A stretch of DNA of 64,000 nucleotides from Candidatus Latescibacterota bacterium (GCA_965116875.1 OZ220733.1:2048001-2112000), one strand, 5' to 3'. Positions 10,401 through 20,119 are shown, counted from the stretch's first letter. The notes: generated by a model from the letters alone, not told the origin. Translations and numbers: made by a program.

Positions 10401-11202
10401 TCACTATTCGCTGGCGGACTTCCGGGCCGAGGATGACCGCAGCCTCCTGGAAATCTACTACGGCGTGCCCATTCTCCCTGCTCACTACGATTCGGAAGAG
10501 GACGTCACGCGACAGGTCCTCACGCACCATGCGGCGCTCATTTCATCCACGCTGGACACCGTCTACCGAAAATCGGAAGGGTTGACGTACGAGGCGGAAG
10601 GAAACCAGGCGGGAGAGGGCATCCAGGTTCCCGGCGTCCTGAAGCTGAACCTGCCGCCCGGCGCCTACCGGCTGGAAGTGAGAGCGCAGGACCGGCTCAG
10701 GGGACGAATGGGCGCCTATCGACAGCAGGTCGTCGTAGAGCCATACGGCGAGGAGGGGTTGCAGGTGAGCGATCTCGAACTGGCCTGGAAGGTTGCTGCG
10801 GAAAAAGGGAACAGCCGGTTCAACAAGGGGGACCTGAACGTCATTCCAATGCCGTCGCGAACCTTCAGGAAGGGCCAGGGCGTCTTCGTCTACTACGAAA
10901 TCTACAACCTGGCGAAAGACGCGTTCGGGCAGACGAATTATAATGTGTCCCATACGATCACATCCAGAGACACACCGGCAACCATCAGCAACATCTCACG
11001 CCTGTTCCGCTGGCGAACCGGGAAACGCGAGGAACTGGCCGTCACCTACGAACAGCAGGGGGATGCCGTGCAGGAAGTGGAATACGTTGAATTGGACCTC
11101 GCCGAACAGGCTCCGGGTCGATACTCGCTGAAGGTGGCGATCGAAGACAGGAACAGCGGTGAAACGGCGGAAAAGGACGTTGTATTTGTGATCGCGGAAT
11201 AG
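7414..11202 (+). CDS. TolB-like propeller segment + TPR + GWxTD-type protein #2
   Basis: 1262 aa; signal peptide, SPDG repeats, many TPRs, FWNDRDPDL...ERLLEHYRRV, variant motif PWDVRGEVYVRFGEPD, C-terminal FVYYEIYNL domain. Confidence 0.85.
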   Translation: MSYSKTTISRTPFRNSRCSCIAITMALITVALFCPRTALSGNIHAVRSPDGSTLAYAIERGERRALLTEIWLSRDGGGSRERIRTYPGAAGSLGFLPDGNALVYLERGLRYPAFGSYLSGGRSLPIVNNRIWELAVDGSNESRWPLPPELNPMDVAVSPDGDFLAVRGEWDALLDSGQRGLWRVDRTGRATQLRIGRTAGVPRWSGDGAKVYFTEGDTTSKEVKFVHVETGEVGTETASEAAGVRGVAETPRAEFEPTPDTRDQISLQKALVELQRGLSRYSRMNSAVHRADRHREKDARKAVERMFAGFHKHHKALRISKASCLAYVATLREQQLRTDAAAGEHACLEHMLVLNDLAGRYAEKHGALPTEHGILFGWLKQKVDLHATGEAELRRDREVLDIVFSCPATSDSEPLIEHLYRPDAAPGMPILACFRHPDRYLHLTETPDARRLEAVDMRSGTVDSLFAVVVQRTGEDRLLEAAALFQLVAVQRPKDAPLHIELGHAYYRAKDYKRAMWAFKKAISLQGGARAYYGVGLVYGEIPKERNLAIHYFQEALARDHGYVDARYQIARLRYLMNEYDVGRAVDRVLELDPNYSDAYRLMGDWYADFWKDYEQAIVWYTRYMALRPGDSSLRSRLGIAYLMIEDYEKIMAKLLGFVEENPDAIELMPIVAQASMKQGKPDMAMEFFEDYVAKLPSHERILYEDIRLVSSFAELGEFNNTPEAERPAFLKRFWNDRDPDLSTPVNERLLEHYRRVWHALTEFSENKQPWDVRGEVYVRFGEPDHRSRSDRPNYKQSLAVQRVKERLAANIYGADGMGESFMGPVFPVRGMRRLEGEWYEFREVETPGLRGGDAGSPGESGGSAGGDELAGGGGGFGGPVPVEDVMDTVRLGLMDMDKRLGFGDYHPVTSGEDRGTIPWETWIYTDVGGGIEITFTDEFGAGTYEYAPMPPNRGDIDLGQTAKLRNHSPREIYKRASRVEPNYYAPEEETAPLDFHYSLADFRAEDDRSLLEIYYGVPILPAHYDSEEDVTRQVLTHHAALISSTLDTVYRKSEGLTYEAEGNQAGEGIQVPGVLKLNLPPGAYRLEVRAQDRLRGRMGAYRQQVVVEPYGEEGLQVSDLELAWKVAAEKGNSRFNKGDLNVIPMPSRTFRKGQGVFVYYEIYNLAKDAFGQTNYNVSHTITSRDTPATISNISRLFRWRTGKREELAVTYEQQGDAVQEVEYVELDLAEQAPGRYSLKVAIEDRNSGETAEKDVVFVIAE

Positions 11203-11204
11203 GA

Positions 11205-12335
11205 TTGGAGGACAACGTGGTGCCGGAGATACGAAACGGCCGGTCCGCGCGAGGCATTCTGGCGTTCGTAATGTTATCGATTCTGACGGGCTGCGGCAGT
11301 AGTGTGACTACAAGTATTGATTCAAACAAAGGCCCGACGGGAATTGAAGTCGCCGGACACATGACGGACAAGCGTCACGGGCATTATTCGATATTGTTGC
11401 GGGACGGAAGGGTACTGATCGGTGGAGGCGCCGCGGCGGGTGGGACCGGCGCATATTCGACCTATCATACCAGTGCGGAGATTTTTGATCCCGAAACCGG
11501 ATCCTCCAGAGCAACCCACAGCATGTCGACCGCACGAATGGGCGACGAGGGGACATTGCTGCCTGACGGTCGGGTTGTATTTGCAAGCGCGACTCAGCAT
11601 ACCCGTTCAAAGACGTACCCGGTGGAAATATTCAATCCACGAACCGGCGAATTTACGCCAATTCAATTCAATCCCGCATTCGAAAAGATCTCCAAGACTA
11701 CGTTGCTTTCAAATGGAAAGATCCTTGCATTCGGTCGATCCGGCACGATCTGGACGATAGATCCGGAAACGGGCGAGTTTGAATTCAAAAACAGGCTGGC
11801 GGTCCCTCGCGGGGCATACACGGCGACAATGCTGTGGGATGGGCGTGCCTTGATTACCGGTGGGATTACCGATCGCGCGGTCAGAGATTCTGAAATCTAC
11901 GACCCATCGTCCAATATTCTTACGAAGGTCGGTGGTCTGACGCACGAACGGTACGGACACACGGCGTTGCTGCTTCGGGACGGCAGCGTGTTCATTGCAG
12001 GCGGCAGAATAGGTGATCCGTCCTCTCCGACGCAGGTGACGGCCGCTGAGCGTTACGACCTCACCAACAGGAGGTTTTCGCGGGCTGGCAGTCCCGGCAA
12101 CGAGCAGATTCGAGCTGCCGCAGTATTAAACACAGGGAATGTATTTTTCATCCTCCGCAACGGCGACGTGGTACTCTACGACCCGGAAACCGGGACATTT
12201 CATCCCACAGGCCACAGTATTGGGCAAGACTACAAGCACTTTAGCGTAACGGCGCTTCGCGACGGGCGTGTGCTGGTTATTGGCGGATCAAAAAACGGAG
12301 AAACCCTGGATCAGATCCTGGCGTACCGCCCCTAG
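11205..12335 (+). CDS. Kelch-repeat beta-propeller lipoprotein 1
   Basis: Lipobox ILTG-C; repeated H/Y-x-A-x-LLxDGRVLIxGG and EIFDP motifs. True start probably GTG 11217/11220 after GGAGG. Confidence 0.85.
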   Translation: MEDNVVPEIRNGRSARGILAFVMLSILTGCGSSVTTSIDSNKGPTGIEVAGHMTDKRHGHYSILLRDGRVLIGGGAAAGGTGAYSTYHTSAEIFDPETGSSRATHSMSTARMGDEGTLLPDGRVVFASATQHTRSKTYPVEIFNPRTGEFTPIQFNPAFEKISKTTLLSNGKILAFGRSGTIWTIDPETGEFEFKNRLAVPRGAYTATMLWDGRALITGGITDRAVRDSEIYDPSSNILTKVGGLTHERYGHTALLLRDGSVFIAGGRIGDPSSPTQVTAAERYDLTNRRFSRAGSPGNEQIRAAAVLNTGNVFFILRNGDVVLYDPETGTFHPTGHSIGQDYKHFSVTALRDGRVLVIGGSKNGETLDQILAYRP

Positions 12336-12355
12336 CCTCGGCGGCTGTGCGGGTC

Positions 12356-12445
12356 ACGGGTGGACATTTGGTACAGGTCTTGATCCACGACACGAACACC
12401 GACGAGACGGCGGAAAAAGACGCCGGTTTTGTAATCGCGAAGTAG
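12356..12445 (+). pseudogene. Orphan 3' fragment of a GWxTD gene
   Basis: Reads TGGHLVQVLIHDTNTDETAEKDAGFVIAK*, aligning without gaps to the ends of GWxTD #2 (ETAEKDVVFVIAE*) and #3 (ETVDKDAGFVITEMD*). Confidence 0.75.
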
Positions 12446-12529
12446 GAACGCATTCTTTAACAGATCGACAAACTGAAGCCTTGGCAATCCGACGCGGCCG
12501 TTCAAACCGATTTCAAGGATTCGAGAACC

Positions 12530-14110
12530 GTGAATTTAAGAGCGCGGAAAGTGTGTAATCTAAAGCGTTACAGCTTACTCGTCCGCCAGACGTGGATGGT
12601 CGTTCTTGCCGTGGCGTGTATCAGTTGCAGTCAGAAGAATACGCCTCAGGGTCCGGCGCCAACGCAAGGTCCGACTGCGTCCGGCGGGTCAATCAATCTG
12701 TCCTTCAGCGATCTTATCCTTACGATGCGGGAAGTCGTCTCCCAGCAGGAAGACATGGCGGGGCTTCGACCGACAGTCGATTTTGCGCAGGATATCCGGG
12801 TGACTCTTGAAGACAGCCTGACAATCTTCCCATTGCCGGATTCGGGTTGGGGAGGCAGGCATCCGAGTACGGGGTGGACGACGTCTTTTGTAACGGTCAA
12901 GTTGAAACCTACCCGCCTGGAAGTTGTGCAGACGGAGATCTTATCCGGTGAAATGCGATTCGATATGCACAACAATATGCCGGAAGATGTTCGGGTAAAA
13001 TTGTATTTCAACGACATCAAGAAAAACGAGGTCATTAACCTGGCAGACGTCATTCCCGCGAACGCCGTTAAGACGGTTCGGCTACCCCTGGGAGGTACAG
13101 TCTTCAGACCTCAGATGAGTTCGAGTGGAAGCGATTTCATTAACAATATATCCGGAAACATGGATGTAGAAACTTCAGGGCTTCGTCTCATCAGCGAACG
13201 GATGGTGGATTGGCGCTACGTCCCGTCCCCCATTGTTTTCAATTCGCTAACCGGCCGTATCGTCGATATGCGAATTCCGTTTGAAACCCATCCGATAGAC
13301 GTCTCCCTGCCGGCGGACTTCGAGGGCGTTCAGTCTGCGACACTCGAAATCAACCTGGCCAATGGGATTGTATTTTCGAAGGAACTAAGTTTGAATGTCG
13401 TGGCTCGTGAGGACACGACAGGCGGGAGGTCAATCTCCCTTGACCTGCCGCCGGAAATGCGTCCACTTGGCGAAGGCGTTCCGGACGATCCTGTGCTTAC
13501 GACGCTGCGTCTCGATGAAACGAACAGCAACATTGTCGACCTGCTCAACCTCAAACCTGCATTCATTGAGATCAGCGGCGACATCCTACTTGGAGGCGTC
13601 AGCCAGTCCACGGTTAGACGGACCGACGGTTTGGATATCCAGGTAGCCATCCGTTCGCCGCTGGAGGCTGCCTTCGAGGAAAATATGGCCGTCTCCGAAA
13701 CGAAGAATATTAGTATCGATACGTCCACCCGCGCCAGACTTGCACGAGCCACGGGTGGAACACTCACGCTGGATCTGGCCAATGGGTTGCCCGTTGGCGT
13801 CGGAATCCGGCTTCTTCTGGGAACGGACGCCGAACGGCTTCTTGAGTCCCCGGACCTGAAGATCCCTCGGCAGGGGGACATTGCCCTCGGCGCCGCTCCG
13901 GTCGACGCGACCACGGGTCTGGTCAACGACCCCGGTACCCGCCGGGAACAACTCACGCTCACGGCGGCCGAGGCGGTTGTACTCTCACGGTCACGCCTCA
14001 AATCCCTTATGGTGATCACTACAGAAGCAACTAACGACCGGAAGGTTCGCATCTTGGATAGCGACGCGGTCAAAATGTCGATAAGGGCCAGGATATCTGT
14101 CAGCGAATAG
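12530..14110 (+). CDS. Hypothetical beta-rich lipoprotein
   Basis: 526 aa ORF; lipobox-like ACIS-C then a Pro/Gln linker; alternating beta-strand pattern; recurring N-x-[LMI]-[PV] motif (NNMP, NGIV, NGLP). Confidence 0.7.
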   Translation: MNLRARKVCNLKRYSLLVRQTWMVVLAVACISCSQKNTPQGPAPTQGPTASGGSINLSFSDLILTMREVVSQQEDMAGLRPTVDFAQDIRVTLEDSLTIFPLPDSGWGGRHPSTGWTTSFVTVKLKPTRLEVVQTEILSGEMRFDMHNNMPEDVRVKLYFNDIKKNEVINLADVIPANAVKTVRLPLGGTVFRPQMSSSGSDFINNISGNMDVETSGLRLISERMVDWRYVPSPIVFNSLTGRIVDMRIPFETHPIDVSLPADFEGVQSATLEINLANGIVFSKELSLNVVAREDTTGGRSISLDLPPEMRPLGEGVPDDPVLTTLRLDETNSNIVDLLNLKPAFIEISGDILLGGVSQSTVRRTDGLDIQVAIRSPLEAAFEENMAVSETKNISIDTSTRARLARATGGTLTLDLANGLPVGVGIRLLLGTDAERLLESPDLKIPRQGDIALGAAPVDATTGLVNDPGTRREQLTLTAAEAVVLSRSRLKSLMVITTEATNDRKVRILDSDAVKMSIRARISVSE

Positions 14111-14162
14111 GACCGGCGGAAATACGCAGAGTGAAAGTGGAGATCTAGAATATCCTCAAGAT

Positions 14163-14273
14163 CACTGCTGTCCAAGATAGTTTGAAAAAGACGATCTTGG
14201 ATGCGTAAGTACCTGGTTTTCTTGAAAGTCGTTTCGAAGTGTCAATGCAGGTCACCTTCTTTTGGCCACGGGT
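14163..14273. repeat. Divergent copy of CACTGCTGTCCAAGA element
   Basis: Shares the 15-bp start and a GCCACGGGT-like end about 100 bp later with the copies at 19871 and 31318. Confidence 0.5.
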
Positions 14274-14280
14274 GTCCTAG

Positions 14281-15980
14281 CCCGAATAATTCATGAATCG
14301 TCAGATAATGCGTTTTAAGGAAGCAGAAAGAGCTTCCGAGAGAGACAAGAAACAAAACAGTGTGGTCTGTGACGGATATGTCGTGTTGAACCGGTATTGG
14401 CGGTGGGTGCAGGCAACACGATGGCTCTGAGGCGTCAGGTTGCGCCGAATGCCGCTGTCAAACGTACAGACGTCTCCATGGTCCTTGGTCGTGTCGATGC
14501 AAACGTGATGGCGAGGTCAGAACTTCGATGGATTATGGAACCCCTGTTGACAGATTATCGAGGATTTTACGATAAAGGTGTTGGAGTGGAAACGCCGTTG
14601 GAAGATGGAACTTGATTTTGGTTTTCAACTCACAAACGCGCGCTGCGACTTTCAAGATGCGGTTTTGCAGGGTATTGAACTGTGCGTTGACCCACTTCGT
14701 GCCGCGCAATCCGATGGTCGCCAGGGCATGCATCAGGACATAGGCGACGCTGTGGAGAAAGAGACGGAAGTGATTGGCTTCAAAGGTGTGACAAGAGGTG
14801 CGATCGGAATGGAGAAAGGTTTTGTGATTCTTGATGAAGTTTTCCATCCTGCCGCGCGCGCAATAGACGTCTTTGTAGATGAATGAGGGCTGGCTACTTT
14901 CGAGGTTGGTCACTACAAAGCGTGCATTGGCTTGTCCCGAAGCGGTGATTTCAGCTTTGTAGATGATGCGTCGTGGCGATGCCCAGGTGTGGGCCTGGTA
15001 ATCGAAACTGGTAAAGCGCTGCACCGCCTGTCCGGTTTCCCGATATTCTGCCTTTGCCTGTTCCATCAACGGATGTGCCTGTTGTTCAAGCCTGTCGTTT
15101 CCAGTCTGTCCCAGCACAAAATACACGTCGTGTTCGTCGCAAAAGTCGTGGACCTCAGGACAAGAAAAATGAGCATCGCCACGCACAAAGACAGCCACGT
15201 GGGGCCACGCCTTACGAAGGGCTTTCACCAGTCGCTTGAGAATGCTGACAATCTGTTTGCCGGAAGGACGCGCACCCGGACGCAGGAGGGTCGTGATCAG
15301 TTTCCCTGTCTGGCCTTCATAAATGTGCAAGGGACAGTAGCAGCGTTGATCATGATAGCCGTTGAACAGAGACAACTGTTGATTGCCGTGAACCTCGTCG
15401 TTGGTGTCATCGAAATCCAGAACGACCGCTTTGGGAGGCACATCGTAGGACGCAATGAACTCATCCACAAAGGCCTCGCCGATGCGAACTAAGTCCCTGC
15501 GACGAATCCCGTTTTCCAATCGACTCATCGTGGGTTGACTGGCCAGGTTCGCGTCAGAGGCCGGCAACCGATCACAGGCCATCTTGAACGCGGGATCCTC
15601 GCGCAACAAATCGCAATCGTTCGCATCTTCATACGCGCACGCGATCTGGAACACACGCTGACGGATCAGGTCTGCCATCGTGTGGTCCACATAACTTGGA
15701 TGCCGACGGTCCGTTAACGCCGCCACGATACGCGACAGGATGCCGGTTTGCAACCCCACCTCCCGAAGCAGCATCACCCCCATATCGCTGGTGAGCGCCC
15801 CGCCATCGAAGACGGCTTCCACCTGCTTGCCCGAAACACTTGCGAAAGAGAGCGTGCATTGATTATCTTGAACGTCCACGGTAGTTTCCTCCATTGTCGT
15901 TGTGTTATGGTTATGACCGTAACCACAATATAATACAATGACTTGGGTATGGAAACTACCTTTTTTATGAATTATTCAGG
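14281..15980 (-). mobile_element. Complete IS1380-family insertion sequence (1700 bp)
   Basis: 14-bp TIRs CCCGAATAATTCAT / ATGAATTATTCAGG (1 mismatch); CTAG duplicated at 14277-14280 and 15981-15984. Confidence 0.92.
14533..15894 (-). CDS. IS1380-family DDE transposase
   Basis: FDGGALTSDMG, ASQPTMSRLEN, LDFDDT...HGNQQ, RGDAHFS, YCARGRMENFIK motifs. Confidence 0.95.
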   Translation of the reverse strand: MEETTVDVQDNQCTLSFASVSGKQVEAVFDGGALTSDMGVMLLREVGLQTGILSRIVAALTDRRHPSYVDHTMADLIRQRVFQIACAYEDANDCDLLREDPAFKMACDRLPASDANLASQPTMSRLENGIRRRDLVRIGEAFVDEFIASYDVPPKAVVLDFDDTNDEVHGNQQLSLFNGYHDQRCYCPLHIYEGQTGKLITTLLRPGARPSGKQIVSILKRLVKALRKAWPHVAVFVRGDAHFSCPEVHDFCDEHDVYFVLGQTGNDRLEQQAHPLMEQAKAEYRETGQAVQRFTSFDYQAHTWASPRRIIYKAEITASGQANARFVVTNLESSQPSFIYKDVYCARGRMENFIKNHKTFLHSDRTSCHTFEANHFRLFLHSVAYVLMHALATIGLRGTKWVNAQFNTLQNRILKVAARVCELKTKIKFHLPTAFPLQHLYRKILDNLSTGVP

Positions 15981-16022
15981 CTAGACAGAAACCGATTGGG
16001 GACCGGTGGGGTGGCGTTCCCG

Positions 16023-16170
16023 GGAGCGAGGGCATCCTGCCCTCGACATCGGATAACTCCTCGCACACGGTGTTTTCAGTGACCCGGAGTCGTATTGAAT
16101 GGCCCGATCAGTCTCTCGACGGGAATAGGGATCGGTGACGCGAAGCTCGAGGGCAGGATGCCCTCGCTCC
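16023..16170. repeat. Inverted REP pair (REPIN-like)
   Basis: GGAGCGAGGGCATCCTGCCCTCGA (16023-16046) and its perfect reverse complement (16147-16170); each is itself a hairpin. Confidence 0.8.
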
Positions 16171-16361
16171 GGTTGCGGGTGGATCATGTCGTGGTTGCGG
16201 TTGGAGAGGATGATTGTGGACAGGTGTGCCTCTAGACGTAAAAGAAGGCCAGTGCGAAAACACATTTCGGGGATGCTTTTGGGCTGTGCACGTTTTCCGA
16301 GCCCTGATGACTGGAAGACAACTCAGCCATCGTGACCCAGTTACGGCGAAAGGGTGCCAAT

Positions 16362-19300
16362 ATGAGATCTCAAATTGGATGCATACGCATAGTCCGGCGG
16401 ACTATGATCGCGTTTTCCGTAGCGATATTCGCGAGTGTCTGCGCTCATGACGACACAGATGCGCAAACTCGCCGACAGTCGAGATCCGTGTCGAGCGAAG
16501 GGACGACCGCCTGGGCGGTGGGGATGGAAACCGGCCCGGTCGCCGTTACGGAGATCTGGGTCGAGAGCGAGAGAGGCGCGCCACGTCGTCTGGGCATCTT
16601 TCCGGGTCCCCCCGGGGATCTGGCGTGGACGCCAGGTGGGAAGAAGCTTCATTACCGGTCAATGCCGCTGCAGGTCGCGCTGCACAGTCTTTCAATGGTC
16701 CCGAAGCGATCCGAACCGCTGGTCCAGTCCGTCGTTTGGGAAATCTCGATTTCTGATGGATCCGTAAAGCGTCTGCAGGGAACAGAAGTGCACGAACCCG
16801 AAACACCACCGGTTGCGACCGGTGACGCATCTTCGGCTCCGAGCATTGGAGCCAAAGCTGCTCTGTCCGGCGTCGCTGCAGCGTTCAAAGCCACGGCCCT
16901 AGCTTACAGCACCTTGCATCGATGGGACTTTGAAGAGGCGGAAGACAGGTACCGAAAAGCAGCGAAGGCATGGGGGGCTCTCCCCTCGCGATTCAGCAAA
17001 CAGGGCCTGTTCAGAGAGCCGCTAAACGCCTATGTCAAAGCGCTCGGCGCGATGTCCAGAGAAGCCGAAGAAAAATCAGGCGCCCGCTGGGTCTGTCGGG
17101 ATCATCTTGCCGTTATCGGAGACCTGCTGCAGGCATACGAACAGGACCACGACGGCCAGCGGCCAACGGACCTTAACGCACTCAAAATGTGGGTCGAATC
17201 CCATACCCTGACCCGCGCCGACTCGGTCGTCATGAAGACGCTGTTCCGATCGCCGGCCGACCCGGAAGGCAGCAGGCCGATCAGCTACACGCACGGCTAT
17301 CGACCGGAAGCTGTGGCGGGCGAAGCCGTGGTCACGAGTTTCTTCCACGGCGGTCACCTTATAGAATCAGTCCGCACCGGCGCAGGCTATCGAATCATCG
17401 ATCGACGCGCTGGCCGTGCTCAGATCGACTCACTCCTTGCCCTTGGGATGGAACTCACCCCAAGAAATCCTCTTCGGGCGATCTCCACGCTGGAGGTCCT
17501 TGCCGGCGTCGCGCCGGGTTTTGCAGCCGGCCACAGCAAGCTTGGGTTCGCCTACCTGGAGGTTGGGAACCTGGTTCGCGCCATTCACGCGTTTGAAAGT
17601 GCGATAGAAAGCGACCACACGCTGGCCGAAGCCTATTACGGTCTGGGTCTCACCTTCCGAAGGTGGCCCAGGGGCTCCTACGACGCCATCCGCTACTTTC
17701 AGAAAGCGCTCCAGTATAAGCGGGACTACGTCGAAGCCCGTTACAATATCGCAGAGGTCCGGCACGAACTGGAAGAACACGACGCCCGGCTCGATCTCGA
17801 AAAACTGATGGAAATTGACCCACGCTATGCTCCCGCCTACCTGCTGATGGGAAAATGGTACGAAGAGTTCGAAAAGGACTACGAGAACGCAGCGCTTTAT
17901 TATGCCCAATATATGGGTCTGGCGCCCCACGATCCGGAGGGCAGGAAACGCCTCGCCGCGGTCTACCTGGAAACCCGCAATTACGAGCGTATTGCCGAGA
18001 TGCTGCAGGAATACGCCCTTGAACATCCCGACGACATCCAGATCCTGCCGATTCTCGCGCAGGCCTGTTCCAGGTTGGGAGCCTTTGACAGGGCTGAAGC
18101 ATTTTTCAGGGACTACCTCGAGGCGGTTGATGCGGCCGAACGGGCGCACTACGAAGATATAGCTCTCGTTACGTCTTCCGAGCAGTTGGCGGAATTTGAG
18201 CGGACCCCGTTGTCGGACCGGCCGGCATTTCTGCACTCATTCTGGTCCGATCGAGACCCCGACCTGACCACGGCGGCAAACGAACGCCGGCTGGAGCACT
18301 ACCGTCGGGTGTGGTATTCGATGCAGAATTTTTCGGAGGGCAAGCGGCCGTGGGACCAGCGCGGCGAAGTGTATATCCGGTTCGGTGAGCCGGACCACCG
18401 GTCGCGCTCCGACAACAGAAACTTCCAGCAGTCCCTGGCGGTCCAACGGATAAAGGAACGTCTCTCCACGGCGCTCTACGGCGCAGCCGTCCCGCCGCAC
18501 ATGTTTCTGAAGTCAGCAACCGATCTGGATGGTATCGGGCACGCCAGGGGCGACGTACCGATTCAGACCTCGGGCCCGGGCGCGACGTACGCCGGTCCGG
18601 TCTATCCTGTGCGCAGCCATCGGACCATGAGCGCTGGTGGGTCTCCCGGATTCAGCGCCGAATACCAGGGGGATGGTATCAAATCGAAACAAGCTGCCCG
18701 GTTGGGGATCGACCGTGCCGAGCAGGAAGAACAGATACTCGGCGCCGGCAGGGGAAGCGGCAGACCGTTGAACTTCAAACCTGTGACCAGTGAGGATGAC
18801 GCCTCAATCGTCCCCTGGGAGACGTGGGTGTACGTGAACGTGGGCGGTGGCATCGAAATCACGTTCACCGACGAATTCCACAACGGCACCTATAACTACG
18901 CGCCCGCTCCGCTGGACGCCCGAATTCCCAGCCGCCAGCAGGCCATGTTGAATCGCTACAACCCCCACAACGTCTATCGCATGGCCGCTGCGGCAACCCC
19001 CGATTACTATGTACCGCCTCTGAACGAGGATCCGATGGAGTTCTATTACGACTCGGCTGACTTCAGAAGCGAACAGGGTTACGATACGGCGCTCGAAGTC
19101 TACGCTGGAATACCTCGACGGCAAGGCCATTACCTGCGTGATGAAGACCGCACGGAAATAGATGCCGACCGGACGGTGGCTCTTCGTAATCGAACGACGG
19201 GAGCGGTCTACCGTAGTCACGAACTGATACGTTTCGCCGCCAGGGGAGACGTAACCACAGAACGCGGCGGGTTTGTTCCTGACCTTGCCCGCATGGACGT

Positions 19301-19856
19301 TCCGGCCGGCCTCTATCGGATGGAAGTCAAGTTGAAGGACCGTCTTTCCGCCCGGCACGCGCGGTACCGCCAGGACGTGGAGGTGGAATCCTATAGGGGG
19401 ACGGGTCTTCAGTTGAGCGATTTGGAAATGGCCTGGCGCATTTCCACGAGCGAGAACGAGGACAAATTCAGCAAGGGAAGACTGTGGGTCATTCCCATGC
19501 CCACCCGGACGTACGAAAAAGGCCAGAGCGTATTCGTCTACTACGAAATCTACAACCTGTCGAAGGACGAATTCGGACAGACGAACTACGAAGTGTCCTA
19601 CACGGTCACGTCAAACGACAACCCCGGCGCCGCCGGTATCATCTCCAGCCTGACCCGGTGGAGGGAAGGCAAACGCGAGGTACTCTCCGTTACGTACCAG
19701 CAGCAGGGCACGGCGACCCAGGAAGCGGAATACGTGGAACTCGAGCTGGAAAACCGTCCGGTGGGGAAATACCTGCTGAAGGTAACCGTCATGGACCGGA
19801 ACAGCGGGGAGACAGTAGATAAAGACGCCGGTTTTGTGATCACGGAAATGGATTAG
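16362..19856 (+). CDS. TPR + GWxTD-type protein #3
   Basis: ORF 16332..19856, ATG 16362 preferred; signal-like N-terminus, TPRs, FWSDRDPDL, PWDQRGEVYIRFGEPD, WETWVY, FVYYEIYNL. Confidence 0.85.
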   Translation: MRSQIGCIRIVRRTMIAFSVAIFASVCAHDDTDAQTRRQSRSVSSEGTTAWAVGMETGPVAVTEIWVESERGAPRRLGIFPGPPGDLAWTPGGKKLHYRSMPLQVALHSLSMVPKRSEPLVQSVVWEISISDGSVKRLQGTEVHEPETPPVATGDASSAPSIGAKAALSGVAAAFKATALAYSTLHRWDFEEAEDRYRKAAKAWGALPSRFSKQGLFREPLNAYVKALGAMSREAEEKSGARWVCRDHLAVIGDLLQAYEQDHDGQRPTDLNALKMWVESHTLTRADSVVMKTLFRSPADPEGSRPISYTHGYRPEAVAGEAVVTSFFHGGHLIESVRTGAGYRIIDRRAGRAQIDSLLALGMELTPRNPLRAISTLEVLAGVAPGFAAGHSKLGFAYLEVGNLVRAIHAFESAIESDHTLAEAYYGLGLTFRRWPRGSYDAIRYFQKALQYKRDYVEARYNIAEVRHELEEHDARLDLEKLMEIDPRYAPAYLLMGKWYEEFEKDYENAALYYAQYMGLAPHDPEGRKRLAAVYLETRNYERIAEMLQEYALEHPDDIQILPILAQACSRLGAFDRAEAFFRDYLEAVDAAERAHYEDIALVTSSEQLAEFERTPLSDRPAFLHSFWSDRDPDLTTAANERRLEHYRRVWYSMQNFSEGKRPWDQRGEVYIRFGEPDHRSRSDNRNFQQSLAVQRIKERLSTALYGAAVPPHMFLKSATDLDGIGHARGDVPIQTSGPGATYAGPVYPVRSHRTMSAGGSPGFSAEYQGDGIKSKQAARLGIDRAEQEEQILGAGRGSGRPLNFKPVTSEDDASIVPWETWVYVNVGGGIEITFTDEFHNGTYNYAPAPLDARIPSRQQAMLNRYNPHNVYRMAAAATPDYYVPPLNEDPMEFYYDSADFRSEQGYDTALEVYAGIPRRQGHYLRDEDRTEIDADRTVALRNRTTGAVYRSHELIRFAARGDVTTERGGFVPDLARMDVPAGLYRMEVKLKDRLSARHARYRQDVEVESYRGTGLQLSDLEMAWRISTSENEDKFSKGRLWVIPMPTRTYEKGQSVFVYYEIYNLSKDEFGQTNYEVSYTVTSNDNPGAAGIISSLTRWREGKREVLSVTYQQQGTATQEAEYVELELENRPVGKYLLKVTVMDRNSGETVDKDAGFVITEMD

Positions 19857-19867
19857 ATTAGACCTTA

Positions 19868-19987
19868 CAGCACTGCTGTCCAAGAACCGCGGGATTCCTG
19901 GAGATGAGGTTCGAAAAATGGATTCCTTTCGCGATTATGGACGGCTTTGACCCCGACAACGAAGACCAGTTTGCCATGGGTTCGCGT
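19868..19987. repeat. ~120-bp repeat directly after the GWxTD #3 stop
   Basis: Nearly identical to 31315-31428 (CAGCACTGCTGTCCAAGAACCGCGGGATTCCTGGAGATGAGGTTCG...GGGTTCGCGT). Confidence 0.9.
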
Positions 19988-20119
19988 CTGTTGCATGGCT
20001 TCTCATACTGACCGGAGTCAAAGCATTTTTCGCCGCTTCCGTACCGTGCTGGAGGCGGACGTGCTGCCTCCCAGGTATTGAAACGTGCAAATCGCACGGG
20101 AATAATGCGATGCTGCAGT

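Noticed and set aside
8986-10530. 514-aa antisense ORF and similar long shadow ORFs (e.g. 53308..54810, 58279..59496, 37159..38214)
   Set aside because: They lie opposite well-supported genes in GC-rich DNA and have no recognisable motifs.
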